This document shows positions 19,648 through 29,225 of a stretch of 53,519 nt of DNA, piece by piece. A program made the position numbers and the translations under genes. The notes under the pieces were generated by a model, which had not been told where the DNA came from, did not search any database, and saw only the letters and a program-made list of their open reading frames with translations. Numbering within the stretch: the stretch's first letter is position 1; every line of letters begins with the position of its first letter. Source of the stretch: an uncultured Chitinophagales bacterium. GTDB lineage: Bacteria > Bacteroidota > Rhodothermia > Balneolales > M1805. Location of the stretch: the NCBI GenBank assembly GCA_964575925.1, contig CAZNTR010000005.1, positions 1 to 53,519 of the forward strand. Reading direction: 5' to 3'.

Positions 19648-20877
19648 TTAGCCAATTCTTGAAATAGGCATGGTCATACAACGTGCACCACCTCGACCAC
19701 GGCAAAGCTCATTTCCAATGAAAGCAATAGCCATTTTTGTGTCAGGCGTTGGGTTAAATGGTTTGTCTTTAAAGCGGTCTAGAAAATCAAACTGAGTTAA
19801 TAATTCATAACCGTTATCTCGCAACGTATTAAAGGTATTTGTATTTCGTTCATAACCAACAATAACACCTGGCGCTAAACAAAAAACATTTGCTCCATCA
19901 GTCCACTGTTCACGACTTTGTGAAATAGTATCTTCACCGCCACATTTTATAAAGTTAATGGCATGCCCCATTTTTTCTTCCAAAGTATAATGTAAGGATG
20001 GTTTACGATGAGTAACAATTTGGCCATTTTCATTTTTGCTTAAACAAACCACATTATCGGTTCTTTTCATAATTGCAGGTGGGTAAACAATACAATCAGA
20101 ATTACTTGCAAAAGTGAAAATAGTGTCTAAGTGCATGTATGCACGTTGTTTAGGTATATCAACGATAAGCACATCTTTAATACCAAATTGGAAAAAAGCT
20201 TCAGCGGCTTTCATAATTCCACTAAATGAACTACGCTCAGACATACCCACTAACGCTAAGTCTTTAGATGGAATTAAAACGTCGCCACCTTCAATGGAAT
20301 CGTAATGTTTTAAACGAAAAGCGGAATCTCTAACATTTTCGAATAAAGGATGGTAATGTACAACTGTATCGATAAGCATGGATTCTCTCGCACGTGCCTT
20401 TTTCGCAGCACGTGAAATGATAATTCCATCATTTATGACTGCGGCTAAATCACGAGTAAAAAGAATATTTGGCGACGGTAAAATGCTTATTTCATCTAAT
20501 GCTTCAGTTCTTCCTAAAATGGCAAAATCTAATAATTGGTCCGCTGAAAGTGTTTTTAAAGAATTTTCAATAGGGTGTAAATTCCATTCAGGGAAACTAT
20601 GAACAAGTAATTCAACAAAATAAAGACGTGCCTCTTCATGTTGAAACGCAGTTCGTATTAAATCACAAATTTCATACACCTGCCCATCTTTTGGCAGTGC
20701 AGCTTTGAAAATGTCTAGCATTGCTAAATGTTCATTTCTAGCATCTGACTCAAAGATAATGTCATCGAACAAAAGTTCATCTTTTATTTCGGGACTAACT
20801 AAAGTGACTTCTTGCCCCGGAGTATGTACAACAACTCCAGATAAGCGACCGGTTTCGGATGAAACATGAATATTCAT
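19648..20877 (-). CDS. arcA: Arginine deiminase
   Basis: V-SE-G-L, LLFDDI, PNILFTRD, IEGGD, MHLDT and GRGGARCMTMP (catalytic Asp/Glu/His/Cys). Confidence 0.92.
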   Translation of the reverse strand: MNIHVSSETGRLSGVVVHTPGQEVTLVSPEIKDELLFDDIIFESDARNEHLAMLDIFKAALPKDGQVYEICDLIRTAFQHEEARLYFVELLVHSFPEWNLHPIENSLKTLSADQLLDFAILGRTEALDEISILPSPNILFTRDLAAVINDGIIISRAAKKARARESMLIDTVVHYHPLFENVRDSAFRLKHYDSIEGGDVLIPSKDLALVGMSERSSFSGIMKAAEAFFQFGIKDVLIVDIPKQRAYMHLDTIFTFASNSDCIVYPPAIMKRTDNVVCLSKNENGQIVTHRKPSLHYTLEEKMGHAINFIKCGGEDTISQSREQWTDGANVFCLAPGVIVGYERNTNTFNTLRDNGYELLTQFDFLDRFKDKPFNPTPDTKMAIAFIGNELCRGRGGARCMTMPISRIG

Positions 20878-21071
20878 ATAGGTATTTTGTTAAATTGATG
20901 GTGAAATTATCCTCGAAATAGTAAGCTCACCTATACAACAGCGCAAAATGTAAGAACTTTCGCCATTTTTTAGCGAATTTTAATTGAAAAATTGCAAAAT
21001 GGGCACGTACACGGCTCACATTTAGTATATTCTTCTATATTTATTTTTTTAGTGTTAAAAATTCAACGTTT

Positions 21072-21722
21072 ATGATGGCATTTTTAGTTATTTGTGTATT
21101 GGCTTATTTGATAGGTTCAATTCCTTCCTCTGTTTGGGTCGGTAAAATCTACAAAGGTATTGATGTTCGAGATTATGGAAGTGGCAACGCTGGTGCAACA
21201 AATACTTTTCGAGTATTGGGTTGGAAAGCAGGTGTAATTGTTGTTATTATGGACTTTGTTAAAGGGTTTACGGTAACGGTTTATATTTCAAAATTAGCCA
21301 TTTATTTTGGAGGTTTGCCTGAATATTTTATGGGTGAACATGAAGTAGTGATGAGTATAATTGTAGGGATTATTGCAGTAGTGGGGCATACGTTACCCGT
21401 TTGGGCTCAGTTTAGGGGTGGAAAAGGAATGTTAACTGCTGGTGGAATGTTATATGGTGTAGAACCTATTTCGATTACAATCACTATTCTTATGTTTATT
21501 TTGGTAATTTCAACTACTCGATATGCTTCTTTAGCATCAATTATGGCTTCATTAGTTTACCCAATCATTTTGGTTGTAATGAAATTCTTTTTAGGTTATA
21601 CTATAAATCCACTGGTTTTAGTAATAGCCTTTTTGTTGTGTGGATTTTTACTATTCAAACACAAAACGAATATTACACGACTTTTAAATGGAACTGAGAC
21701 TAAGGTCGGTTCAAATAAATAA
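21072..21722 (+). CDS. plsY: Acyl-phosphate:glycerol-3-phosphate acyltransferase
   Basis: YLIGSIP, GSGNAGATNTFR, FRGGKG and KHKTNITRL motifs. Confidence 0.97.
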   Translation: MMAFLVICVLAYLIGSIPSSVWVGKIYKGIDVRDYGSGNAGATNTFRVLGWKAGVIVVIMDFVKGFTVTVYISKLAIYFGGLPEYFMGEHEVVMSIIVGIIAVVGHTLPVWAQFRGGKGMLTAGGMLYGVEPISITITILMFILVISTTRYASLASIMASLVYPIILVVMKFFLGYTINPLVLVIAFLLCGFLLFKHKTNITRLLNGTETKVGSNK

Positions 21723-21761
21723 GATAACACCTTAGATTTAAAATTTAAATTAGGAAATGAC

Positions 21762-22769
21762 GTGAAAGTAACGGTAATTGGTGCTGGAAGCTGGGGAACA
21801 GCATTAGCAATGGTACTTGCAAGGGCAGGACATGATGTTCAAATATGGTCTCGTGAACAAGATATCACATTTAGCATCAATAATTTACACGAGAATAATT
21901 CGTACTTACCAGGTGTAACTCTTCCCGATTCCATTAAAGCCTATACCGATTTAGAAACCTGTTTAGATCATCGTGATTTAGTTGTTTTCGGAACACCCTC
22001 GCATACAACAAGGGAAGTTGCTGCTAGAGTAAAACCCTTTTTATCTGGCAAAGAAATTTGTATTACCGTATCAAAAGGGATTGAAAATGAAACCTATATG
22101 ACCATGTCTCAGGTATTAACAGAAGCTTTACAAGGTATTATAATTGAAGATCATATCGGTGTTTTATACGGACCTTCTCACGCAGAAGAAGTTTCTCGTT
22201 TTAAGCCAACATTAGTTGTCGCCGCTGCAAACTCTAAATCAACGGCTAAATTCGTTCAAGATGCATTTATGACACCTATGTTTCGCGTTTATGTAAATTA
22301 TGACGTAATTGGTGTAGAAATAGCAGGCTCAGTAAAAAACGTAATTGCAATAGCAGCAGGCGTTATTGATGGCGCCCAAATAGGTGATAATGCAAAAGCG
22401 GCCTTATTAACACGTGGTCTTGCAGAAATTAGGAGATTAGGACTTTATCTAGGAGCATCTCAGGATACGTTTTCAGGCTTAGCTGGAATGGGCGATTTAA
22501 TAGTGACCTGTACATCACAGCACTCCAGAAATAGGTATGTTGGTTATCATATAGGTAAGGGTGAAAAATTAGATGATATTATTTCCAGAATGAATATGGT
22601 AGCAGAAGGGGTTAAAACGACGCGTTCGGTCTATGGCTTAGCTCAAAAACTGGGAATTTCTATGCCAATCACTCAATATGTCTATCGTGTTTTATTTGAA
22701 AATTTTGACCCTAGAGATGCTGTTTTTCAACTTATGACACGTGATCCTAAAGAAGAAGTAAACGCTTAA
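21762..22769 (+). CDS. gpsA: NAD(P)H-dependent glycerol-3-phosphate dehydrogenase
   Basis: GAGSWGTALA, SKGIE, KNVIAIA and GMGDLIVTCTSQHSRN motifs; GTG start. Confidence 0.98.
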   Translation: MKVTVIGAGSWGTALAMVLARAGHDVQIWSREQDITFSINNLHENNSYLPGVTLPDSIKAYTDLETCLDHRDLVVFGTPSHTTREVAARVKPFLSGKEICITVSKGIENETYMTMSQVLTEALQGIIIEDHIGVLYGPSHAEEVSRFKPTLVVAAANSKSTAKFVQDAFMTPMFRVYVNYDVIGVEIAGSVKNVIAIAAGVIDGAQIGDNAKAALLTRGLAEIRRLGLYLGASQDTFSGLAGMGDLIVTCTSQHSRNRYVGYHIGKGEKLDDIISRMNMVAEGVKTTRSVYGLAQKLGISMPITQYVYRVLFENFDPRDAVFQLMTRDPKEEVNA

Positions 22770-22831
22770 TTCGAGCAATAAATTTCATGAAAAATAGTTT
22801 GTTCACGTTTAACTAATTTTACTGGATAGGT

Positions 22832-23500
22832 ATGAAAGAAGTAAGACCGGTTCGTTCTTCAATGAAATTATCAGACCTAAAAAATCTGATAAAAACCGGA
22901 GAAGGATTATTCCTTGAGTTTAAACGGACGATTCCTAGTCCCGAAAAAATTGCTCGTGAATTATGCGCCTTTGCCAATACTAAAGGTGGAACGTTACTTA
23001 TCGGAATTGACGATGATGGATCTATTATTGGCATGGAAAGCTTTTATGAGGAGCAATTCCTCCTAAATGATGCGGTTTTTTATCTGTGCGAACCAGAATT
23101 AGATATTAAAGTTGAAATTGTTGAATATAAGCAACGCGAAATTGCAATCGTTCTAGTAAAAGAAGCAAAAGAAAAACCTGTATTAGTTGATTTGGGTACC
23201 GAATGGGTAGGGTTTGTTAGAGTTAATGACAAAAGTATTCGCGCAAGTAAAGAAATGTTGAAGGTTTTAAAAAATCAAACTTCTGATGAGGGTGTAAGCT
23301 TTGTTTTTGGAGCAAACGAGCAAAAATTATTGCGCTATTTGAATCAATTTGAACGAATTACAGTTTGTGAGTTTAGTAATCTTGTGAATATAAGTACTCG
23401 CAGAGCATCAAGAATTCTTGTAAATTTAGTCGGCGCTGGAGTTCTGCATATCTTTACCCATGAAAAAGCGGAGTTTTTTACTCTAGCTCGTGCTTTTTAA
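22832..23500 (+). CDS. AlbA_2 (Schlafen-like) domain protein with C-terminal winged HTH
   Basis: GEGLFLEFKR and CAFANTKGGTLLIGIDDDG motifs; C-terminal ITVCEFSNLVNISTRRASRIL HTH. The start may be 22862. Confidence 0.85.
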   Translation: MKEVRPVRSSMKLSDLKNLIKTGEGLFLEFKRTIPSPEKIARELCAFANTKGGTLLIGIDDDGSIIGMESFYEEQFLLNDAVFYLCEPELDIKVEIVEYKQREIAIVLVKEAKEKPVLVDLGTEWVGFVRVNDKSIRASKEMLKVLKNQTSDEGVSFVFGANEQKLLRYLNQFERITVCEFSNLVNISTRRASRILVNLVGAGVLHIFTHEKAEFFTLARAF

Positions 23501-23663
23501 GCAATAAAAAGGTTTAAATTCGTTTGTGACCAATATTTATAGCTTAATGACACTTTATTGAATTAGTTTAAGAATTAATTTTATGGTGCTAAAAAAAAGA
23601 AAAATATAAGACAAAAGAATTTATTTGTCTAACTGAGATTTAGAAATTCAACTTATCAAAACT

Positions 23664-24020
23664 ATGTCTGATTTATTTGTATTTACGCCCGTTGCAGAAC
23701 CAATTCTGATAAATGATTCCGCTTCAAAACAATTAAAAAAAGTGATTTCTCAAAACGCAGAAACGGATAAATTTTTACGCATTGGTGTTAAAGGCGGTGG
23801 CTGTTCAGGTATGAGTTATATTTTAGAAATGGATATAAAAACTGAATATGATGATATGTACACCGTAAATGAAGTGGAATTTATTTTAGATAGGCGACAT
23901 TTACTGTATTTAGAAGGAACAGAATTGCAATTTAGCGATGGTTTAGATAATCGTGGTTTTCAATTCGTTAACCCAAACGCAAGTTCAACCTGTGGCTGTG
24001 GAACTTCTTTTAGTGCATAG
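23664..24020 (+). CDS. iscA: Fe-S cluster assembly A-type carrier (IscA/HesB)
   Basis: GVKGGGCSGMSY and NPNASSTCGCGTSF motifs. Confidence 0.95.
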   Translation: MSDLFVFTPVAEPILINDSASKQLKKVISQNAETDKFLRIGVKGGGCSGMSYILEMDIKTEYDDMYTVNEVEFILDRRHLLYLEGTELQFSDGLDNRGFQFVNPNASSTCGCGTSFSA

Positions 24021-24220
24021 TTGCAGCTTATACTAAAAAGATTATCTTTTACAACAATCTGAAATTTTTTAAAAATATGCTCAAGATTCAAAGTAGCACG
24101 TAGCGAGAATTTAACGAATAAATTGGCTTAGAACATTGAATTAAGCCCCATTTACAAACACTTAAAAGCAGAAATACTAGACCTCAATTAGATTATTTAT
24201 AAACTTACTTCTAAATTTAA

Positions 24221-24258
24221 AAATGCTATTTCATTTATTTATTCATGAAATAGCATTT
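24221..24258. terminator. Inverted repeat, probable terminator
   Basis: AAATGCTATTTCAT, 10-nt loop, ATGAAATAGCATTT (14-bp stem). Confidence 0.6.
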
Positions 24259-24281
24259 ATTTTTGGAATAATTACAATAAC

Positions 24282-24379
24282 GAAATCACTCCCGAAAGTC
24301 GATTTTTTTCGTTTTAACCCTTCTAAATCTTTCTAATTCTCCGAATATTTTGCAGAAAACTATTTTTCAGTGTTAGTTC
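24282..24379. mobile_element. Degenerate copy of a 98-bp MITE-like element
   Basis: Aligns without gaps to 26616-26713 (73/98 identical by hand count); the ends are eroded. Confidence 0.7.
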
Positions 24380-24428
24380 AATTGTTTTGATTTCATTCTT
24401 ATTCAAAAAGCAATGATAATAATTGAAC

Positions 24429-25318
24429 TTATTTAGCGCTTATAATAGCTTTAACTTTGTTTGGCTATTCGGTAATAATTCCATCAACATTATATGAAAT
24501 CATTCTTTCCATAACTTCAACTGAGTTTACAGTCCAAGGCACAACGTTAAAACTTTCTTTGTGCAAAACGTTAGCTAAAGAATCAGAAAGTGCATCATAA
24601 TGTGGACTCAATACATCTGGATTAAGGCCTAGTTTTTCAACCGCTTTTAAAATTTCAGGGTTTCCACCAGTTAGTAAAGCAATTCTTTGATTTGGGTTTT
24701 AAAGCTCGTATTTCTCTAATGAGTTGCATCTCAAACGATTGTACCGTACTTCTCTGTTCAATAATTAAGTCTGCAATTTGTTTTGTTACCAATGCTGCAA
24801 AGAATCTAGGATTTGGAGTTTTATTCGCATAACCTTTTAACTCAATAGTGAATCGTTATTTTAGTATGCCTTTTTCTTTGGTAAAGACATAATTTCTTTT
24901 ACCATGGCAGCAAAGATAGGCTAAATTGTTGCTATTGATTTTTGTTCAGGATAGTTAGGAGTCGAGCGGAGAGCGATATAAAATTGTGCAATTTCATTGT
25001 AATCCATATTCAAAAAACTATACAACTTGGTTTCTGAAGTATCTAATGGAGTTCCATCTGGCTTGGTTGTAAATATAGGATTAAACCGAGTCTCATGAGA
25101 GACAACTAATTGAGAAGCCTTGCTTACAACCAAATCTAATTCTAAAGCTTGTTTAAAAGGTGTAATCGTATTTTATGGAGCATAAGCACGAGTTCCACGA
25201 TGACCTTGAAGATCAAATCTTGGAACAATAGATGAAGAATTTATTGAACAAAAAAGTAGCATTAAAAGAAACTAAAATGCAAAATGGGTTTGATGAATTT
25301 AGCAACAGTAATAAACAT
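24429..25318 (-). pseudogene. Glycerophosphodiester phosphodiesterase (GDPD) pseudogene
   Basis: Minus-strand fragments FDLQGHRGTRAYAP*NT, LELDLVVSK..LVVSHE, TIELK, VQSFE, VVPWTVN and VDGIITE*PN. Stops at 25173-5, 24921-3 and 24465-7, plus frameshifts. Confidence 0.9.
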
Positions 25319-25665
25319 AATAGCAGATTATTGGGAAAAAAATTTTCCGTGAATTGTGAGCAAAATAAATCGGTAACGAATCTCTTGCATTGTTGAGATG
25401 TACTAAATCCTCAATTCTTTCCTTAAAACAACTTATAAATCAGACTAAGTGAAGTAATCGTATTTTAAAATAAGGAGAGGGAAATGGTAAAGCTGCATTT
25501 TGCCTAACAATGTACTACAATAATTTATAGGTAAACTTCAGCAAAAAAATTAACTTAAAGCGAATCGTAATTCTAAGTTCAATATGTGTCTATGAAAAAT
25601 TACTAATAATCATTCTACTAGCAAGTGTTATTTCATGCACATCAACAACATCAAAAAGAATAAAT

Positions 25666-26577
25666 ATGCCTAAAAAAGAGTTTGCAATTGCTATTCACGG
25701 TGGTGCTGGTGTTATCTCAAAAACTATTCCAGATTCCATTCGCAAAAATTACGAGGTTGGTTTAAAGGAAGCATTAGATATTGGTATTGAATTGTTAAAA
25801 GAAGGAAAGTCAGCGATAGAAGTTGTAGAGCAAGTTATTCACAAATTAGAAAACAATCCTCTTTTTAATGCAGGAAAAGGTGCTGTTTATACGGCAGAGG
25901 GAGAACATGAGCTTGATGCTTGTATAATGGATGGTAAAACTTTGGCAACAGGAGCTGTAACGGGAGTGAAAACAGTAAAAAATCCTATTACACTTGCACG
26001 TTTAGTAATGACTGAAACACCACATGTTTTATTAATGGGCGCCGGTGCTGAAGAATTCGCAAATGAACAAGAAATTGAACGTGTTCCGAATACGTATTTT
26101 GATACGGAAAACCGCAAGAAACAATGGGAGCGCTCTAAACAAAAACACTCAGAGCTTGATCCAATGTTTAAGTATGGAACGGTTGGCTGTGTTGTTTTAG
26201 ACAAACGAGGAAACTTAGCAGCAGGCACTTCAACTGGTGGAATGACCAATAAAAAGTTTGGAAGAGTTGGAGACGCGCCAATTGTTGGTGCCGGAACCTA
26301 TGCTAATAATATAACTTTAGCTGTTTCTGCAACAGGAACGGGTGAAGAGTTTATTAGAAACACGGTGGCATCTAGAATAGCATCTCTTTATGAGTATAAA
26401 GATTATACAGTCAATAAAGCGGCAGAACATGTTATTCACCATATTTTAAAACCTGGTGATGGTGGGGTTATTTGCATTGATAAATTCGGAAATATTGCAA
26501 TGCCATATAATTCAGTCGGAATGTTTAGAGGTGCTGCCGACTCTGACAGCGAATATCAAATCAAAATTTGGGAATGA
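25666..26577 (+). CDS. iaaA: Isoaspartyl peptidase/L-asparaginase (Ntn hydrolase)
   Basis: IAIHGGAG, FNAGKG, autocleavage site G|TVG, AGTSTGG, GRVGD and SATGTGE motifs. Confidence 0.93.
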   Translation: MPKKEFAIAIHGGAGVISKTIPDSIRKNYEVGLKEALDIGIELLKEGKSAIEVVEQVIHKLENNPLFNAGKGAVYTAEGEHELDACIMDGKTLATGAVTGVKTVKNPITLARLVMTETPHVLLMGAGAEEFANEQEIERVPNTYFDTENRKKQWERSKQKHSELDPMFKYGTVGCVVLDKRGNLAAGTSTGGMTNKKFGRVGDAPIVGAGTYANNITLAVSATGTGEEFIRNTVASRIASLYEYKDYTVNKAAEHVIHHILKPGDGGVICIDKFGNIAMPYNSVGMFRGAADSDSEYQIKIWE

Positions 26578-26615
26578 GTCAGGTTTTGAAAATCAAAAAA
26601 ACTAATTAGATTCTT

Positions 26616-26713
26616 GAGTCCACTCCAAAAAGTCGATTCTTTCGATTTTCACCCTTCTAAATCCTACGAATTCGACGAATAGTTTGCTAAAAACTACTTT
26701 TCGGGGTACACTC
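26616..26713. mobile_element. 98-bp MITE-like element with imperfect terminal inverted repeats and target-site duplication
   Basis: Left end GAGTCCACTCCAAAAAGT; reverse complement of right end GAGTGTACCCCGAAAAGT. Flanked by ATTCTT at 26610-15 and 26714-19. Confidence 0.8.
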
Positions 26714-27380
26714 ATTCTTGATATTCATAATCTTGTAAACCTTCTACAAACCAATAACTCATACTGAGGTCAATAGCAGTTTGAGGAAATTGAACTCGAA
26801 TGGAATCAAAAGCATTTATCGCTTCAAAGAAATAATCAAATTCATGCATTTGATTCAAATTCGTTGCTTTATTAATGATATGGGTTAATTCAAGAAGTTT
26901 GGAATCCATAAGTGAAGCATAACAAGAATCAACGCGATTTATGATTAGCGCTTGCCCAACTAAATATTGATTCACTTTACCAAAATAATGCTGAGTTGAG
27001 TCGAAATGAGCGATTCCTGATTCCAAAATCGGTAAAACACCACTTTCAGTTTTTACAAAATAGGGCAAAATCGCAAATTTGAACATTCCAAGCATCCATT
27101 CAGATTGCGCTCGATGGGTATAAATTTCCACTTTTTCCGCTGTAGTAGTGAAATATTCAATCCTCTTCGTTTTGCTCCAAGCTTGATAAGAAAGAACGGT
27201 TGCAATATGCTTTAGAATTGAATCGGGATGTGCATTAAAAGGGCAAGAACCAATTCGTGCTAATTCGTTTTTTACAACAGAGGTTGAGTCCTCTAAATAG
27301 CGAGTTAAGGAAATGGGTTGAGCAAAGACACTTAAACTATGAAGAACAAAAAAACTAATGAATAAACTTGTTTTTAACAT
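26712..27380 (-). CDS. Hypothetical exported protein
   Basis: The ATG at 27380 overlaps the cstA stop and opens a signal peptide MLKTSLFISFFVLHSLSVFA|Q. The track's longer N-terminus overlaps cstA. Confidence 0.75.
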   Translation of the reverse strand: MLKTSLFISFFVLHSLSVFAQPISLTRYLEDSTSVVKNELARIGSCPFNAHPDSILKHIATVLSYQAWSKTKRIEYFTTTAEKVEIYTHRAQSEWMLGMFKFAILPYFVKTESGVLPILESGIAHFDSTQHYFGKVNQYLVGQALIINRVDSCYASLMDSKLLELTHIINKATNLNQMHEFDYFFEAINAFDSIRVQFPQTAIDLSMSYWFVEGLQDYEYQE

Positions 27381-29017
27381 CAATTTGCGAGAGTTTCTGT
27401 CTTTGAGTGAACTAATCCACTTAGGCTTTTCTTTGCTAATAGTAATAAAACTAAAGCTAAAATAAACAATACAAGGGCAATAACGCCTAAGAGATACTGT
27501 TGCTGCCCAAAATTTTTCCAAGCAAAAATAATTAAACTGCTAAGAGTTACAGCAAACATAAAAAACATAGGAATTAGCGTAAACCAAGGGTTAATTCCCT
27601 TTTTAAACAACCAAACCGTAACGGCCAATAAAGCCAAAGCTCCCAAAAGTTGATTAGCAGATCCAAATATCGGCCATAAAACAGCAAATTCACCTGAAAC
27701 AATTAACAAAGCAGAAATAGCAACAGTTATTAATGTGGATAAATGTCTGTTTTCACTTAGCATGTTTGCACCAGAAATGTTTTCGGTTTCAAAATATTCT
27801 TGAAGAGCAAATCGAGCTAAACGAGTACACGTATCTAAAGAAGTTAAAGCAAACGCAGAAACAGTAAGTGCCACAAAAGAAATTCCAATAGTTAAGGGGA
27901 CTCCAAGACTTGATATAAATCCACCAAGACCTTCTGAAAACAAGGTAACTGGACCAACACTTGTTAACCTTGAAAAATAATCTTCTCTGCTAAGAACAAT
28001 AACGGCAGAAATGGAAAGTACGGCTAAAAGAGATTCGATTAACATTCCCCCAAAACCAATTGCAAGTGCATTTTCTTCTTTATCAATTTGTTTTGAAGTT
28101 GTACCTGATGCTACAAGAGAATGAAAACCAGATAAAGCTCCACAAGCTATGGTTACGAATAAAAAAGGGAATAAATAACCTAGAGATTCCACTTCAAAAC
28201 TAATGGCAGAATCCATTTTTATTGACGGATTAGCAACAAAAACACCAAGTATTCCAAAAAACATCATTCCATATAATAAATAGCTATTCAAATAATCCCT
28301 TGGTTGAAGAATTAACCAAACTGGGGTTACAGCTGCAAGGTAGATATAAGCAAGAAGAATTAAAATCCAAACGGTGTAAGAAAGGTTTAAAGGAAATAAC
28401 CCCCCGATATAAATGAAACTGTACATCATTAAAACGCCTAATGTAGAGAGAATCCAAAAAGACAAAGTAAACCGACGGAGAACCCAACCAAAAACCATAG
28501 CAAGAGCCATAAAGCCAATAGAAGCAGATGCCGCAGATGGAACTTTAACAAAGGTTTTCGCTACAATATCGGTAAAAACGGCTATGACAAGAAGTAAGGT
28601 GGTAAAAGAAAAAATCAAAAAAAGTTTTTTGCCAAAAATGCCGATATAAGTCTCAATAACAACGCCAATAGATTTTCCTTTATGTCTAAGAGATGCGACT
28701 AATGAAGTTAGATCGTGTACAGCGCCAAAAAATATTCCGCCTAACAAAACCCAAAGCAAAGCAGGAATCCACCCAAAAGCAACGGCAATTATTGGACCTA
28801 CAATAGGACCAGCGCCCGCAATAGAAGCAAAATGATGGCCAAGAACTACGGAAGTTTTACTCGGAACATAATCAATATTATCTCTATGAGTATGGGCAGG
28901 TGTTGTGTTTTCATTGCGTAATCCTAGTGTTCTTGCCAAAAAACGACCATAAAACCGATAAGCTAGTAGAAGAAATACCGATGAAAAAACTAGTAAGCTA
29001 ATAATATTCATTTCCAT
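27380..29017 (-). CDS. cstA: Carbon starvation protein A family peptide/pyruvate transporter
   Basis: TPAH...DYVP, GHHFASIAGAGPIVGP, TIACGALSGFHSL and WPIFGSANQLL motifs. Confidence 0.96.
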   Translation of the reverse strand: MEMNIISLLVFSSVFLLLAYRFYGRFLARTLGLRNENTTPAHTHRDNIDYVPSKTSVVLGHHFASIAGAGPIVGPIIAVAFGWIPALLWVLLGGIFFGAVHDLTSLVASLRHKGKSIGVVIETYIGIFGKKLFLIFSFTTLLLVIAVFTDIVAKTFVKVPSAASASIGFMALAMVFGWVLRRFTLSFWILSTLGVLMMYSFIYIGGLFPLNLSYTVWILILLAYIYLAAVTPVWLILQPRDYLNSYLLYGMMFFGILGVFVANPSIKMDSAISFEVESLGYLFPFLFVTIACGALSGFHSLVASGTTSKQIDKEENALAIGFGGMLIESLLAVLSISAVIVLSREDYFSRLTSVGPVTLFSEGLGGFISSLGVPLTIGISFVALTVSAFALTSLDTCTRLARFALQEYFETENISGANMLSENRHLSTLITVAISALLIVSGEFAVLWPIFGSANQLLGALALLAVTVWLFKKGINPWFTLIPMFFMFAVTLSSLIIFAWKNFGQQQYLLGVIALVLFILALVLLLLAKKSLSGLVHSKTETLAN

Positions 29018-29225
29018 ACTCTTATAAATATCGCATTAATTTTAATAACTTTGAATAATGAGAAATTCTTAAAGTTCTATATAATAAGAAATCTGAAAAA
29101 ATCTTCTCAAAGATGGTGATACGTAAATAAACTCCCAATTGAGTTTATTTACGTATGATAGCGCTTTTCGCTTGAAAATTCCCGATATTTGCCCACTTTT
29201 TTTAGAATAATGAAAGAACGATTGT

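Noticed and set aside
24021-24220. Small gene or pseudogene after iscA
   Set aside because: The ATG at 24077 meets a stop after 8 codons and no recognisable motif was found.
24921-25133. 70-aa ORF as an independent gene
   Set aside because: It is an internal fragment of the GDPD pseudogene.
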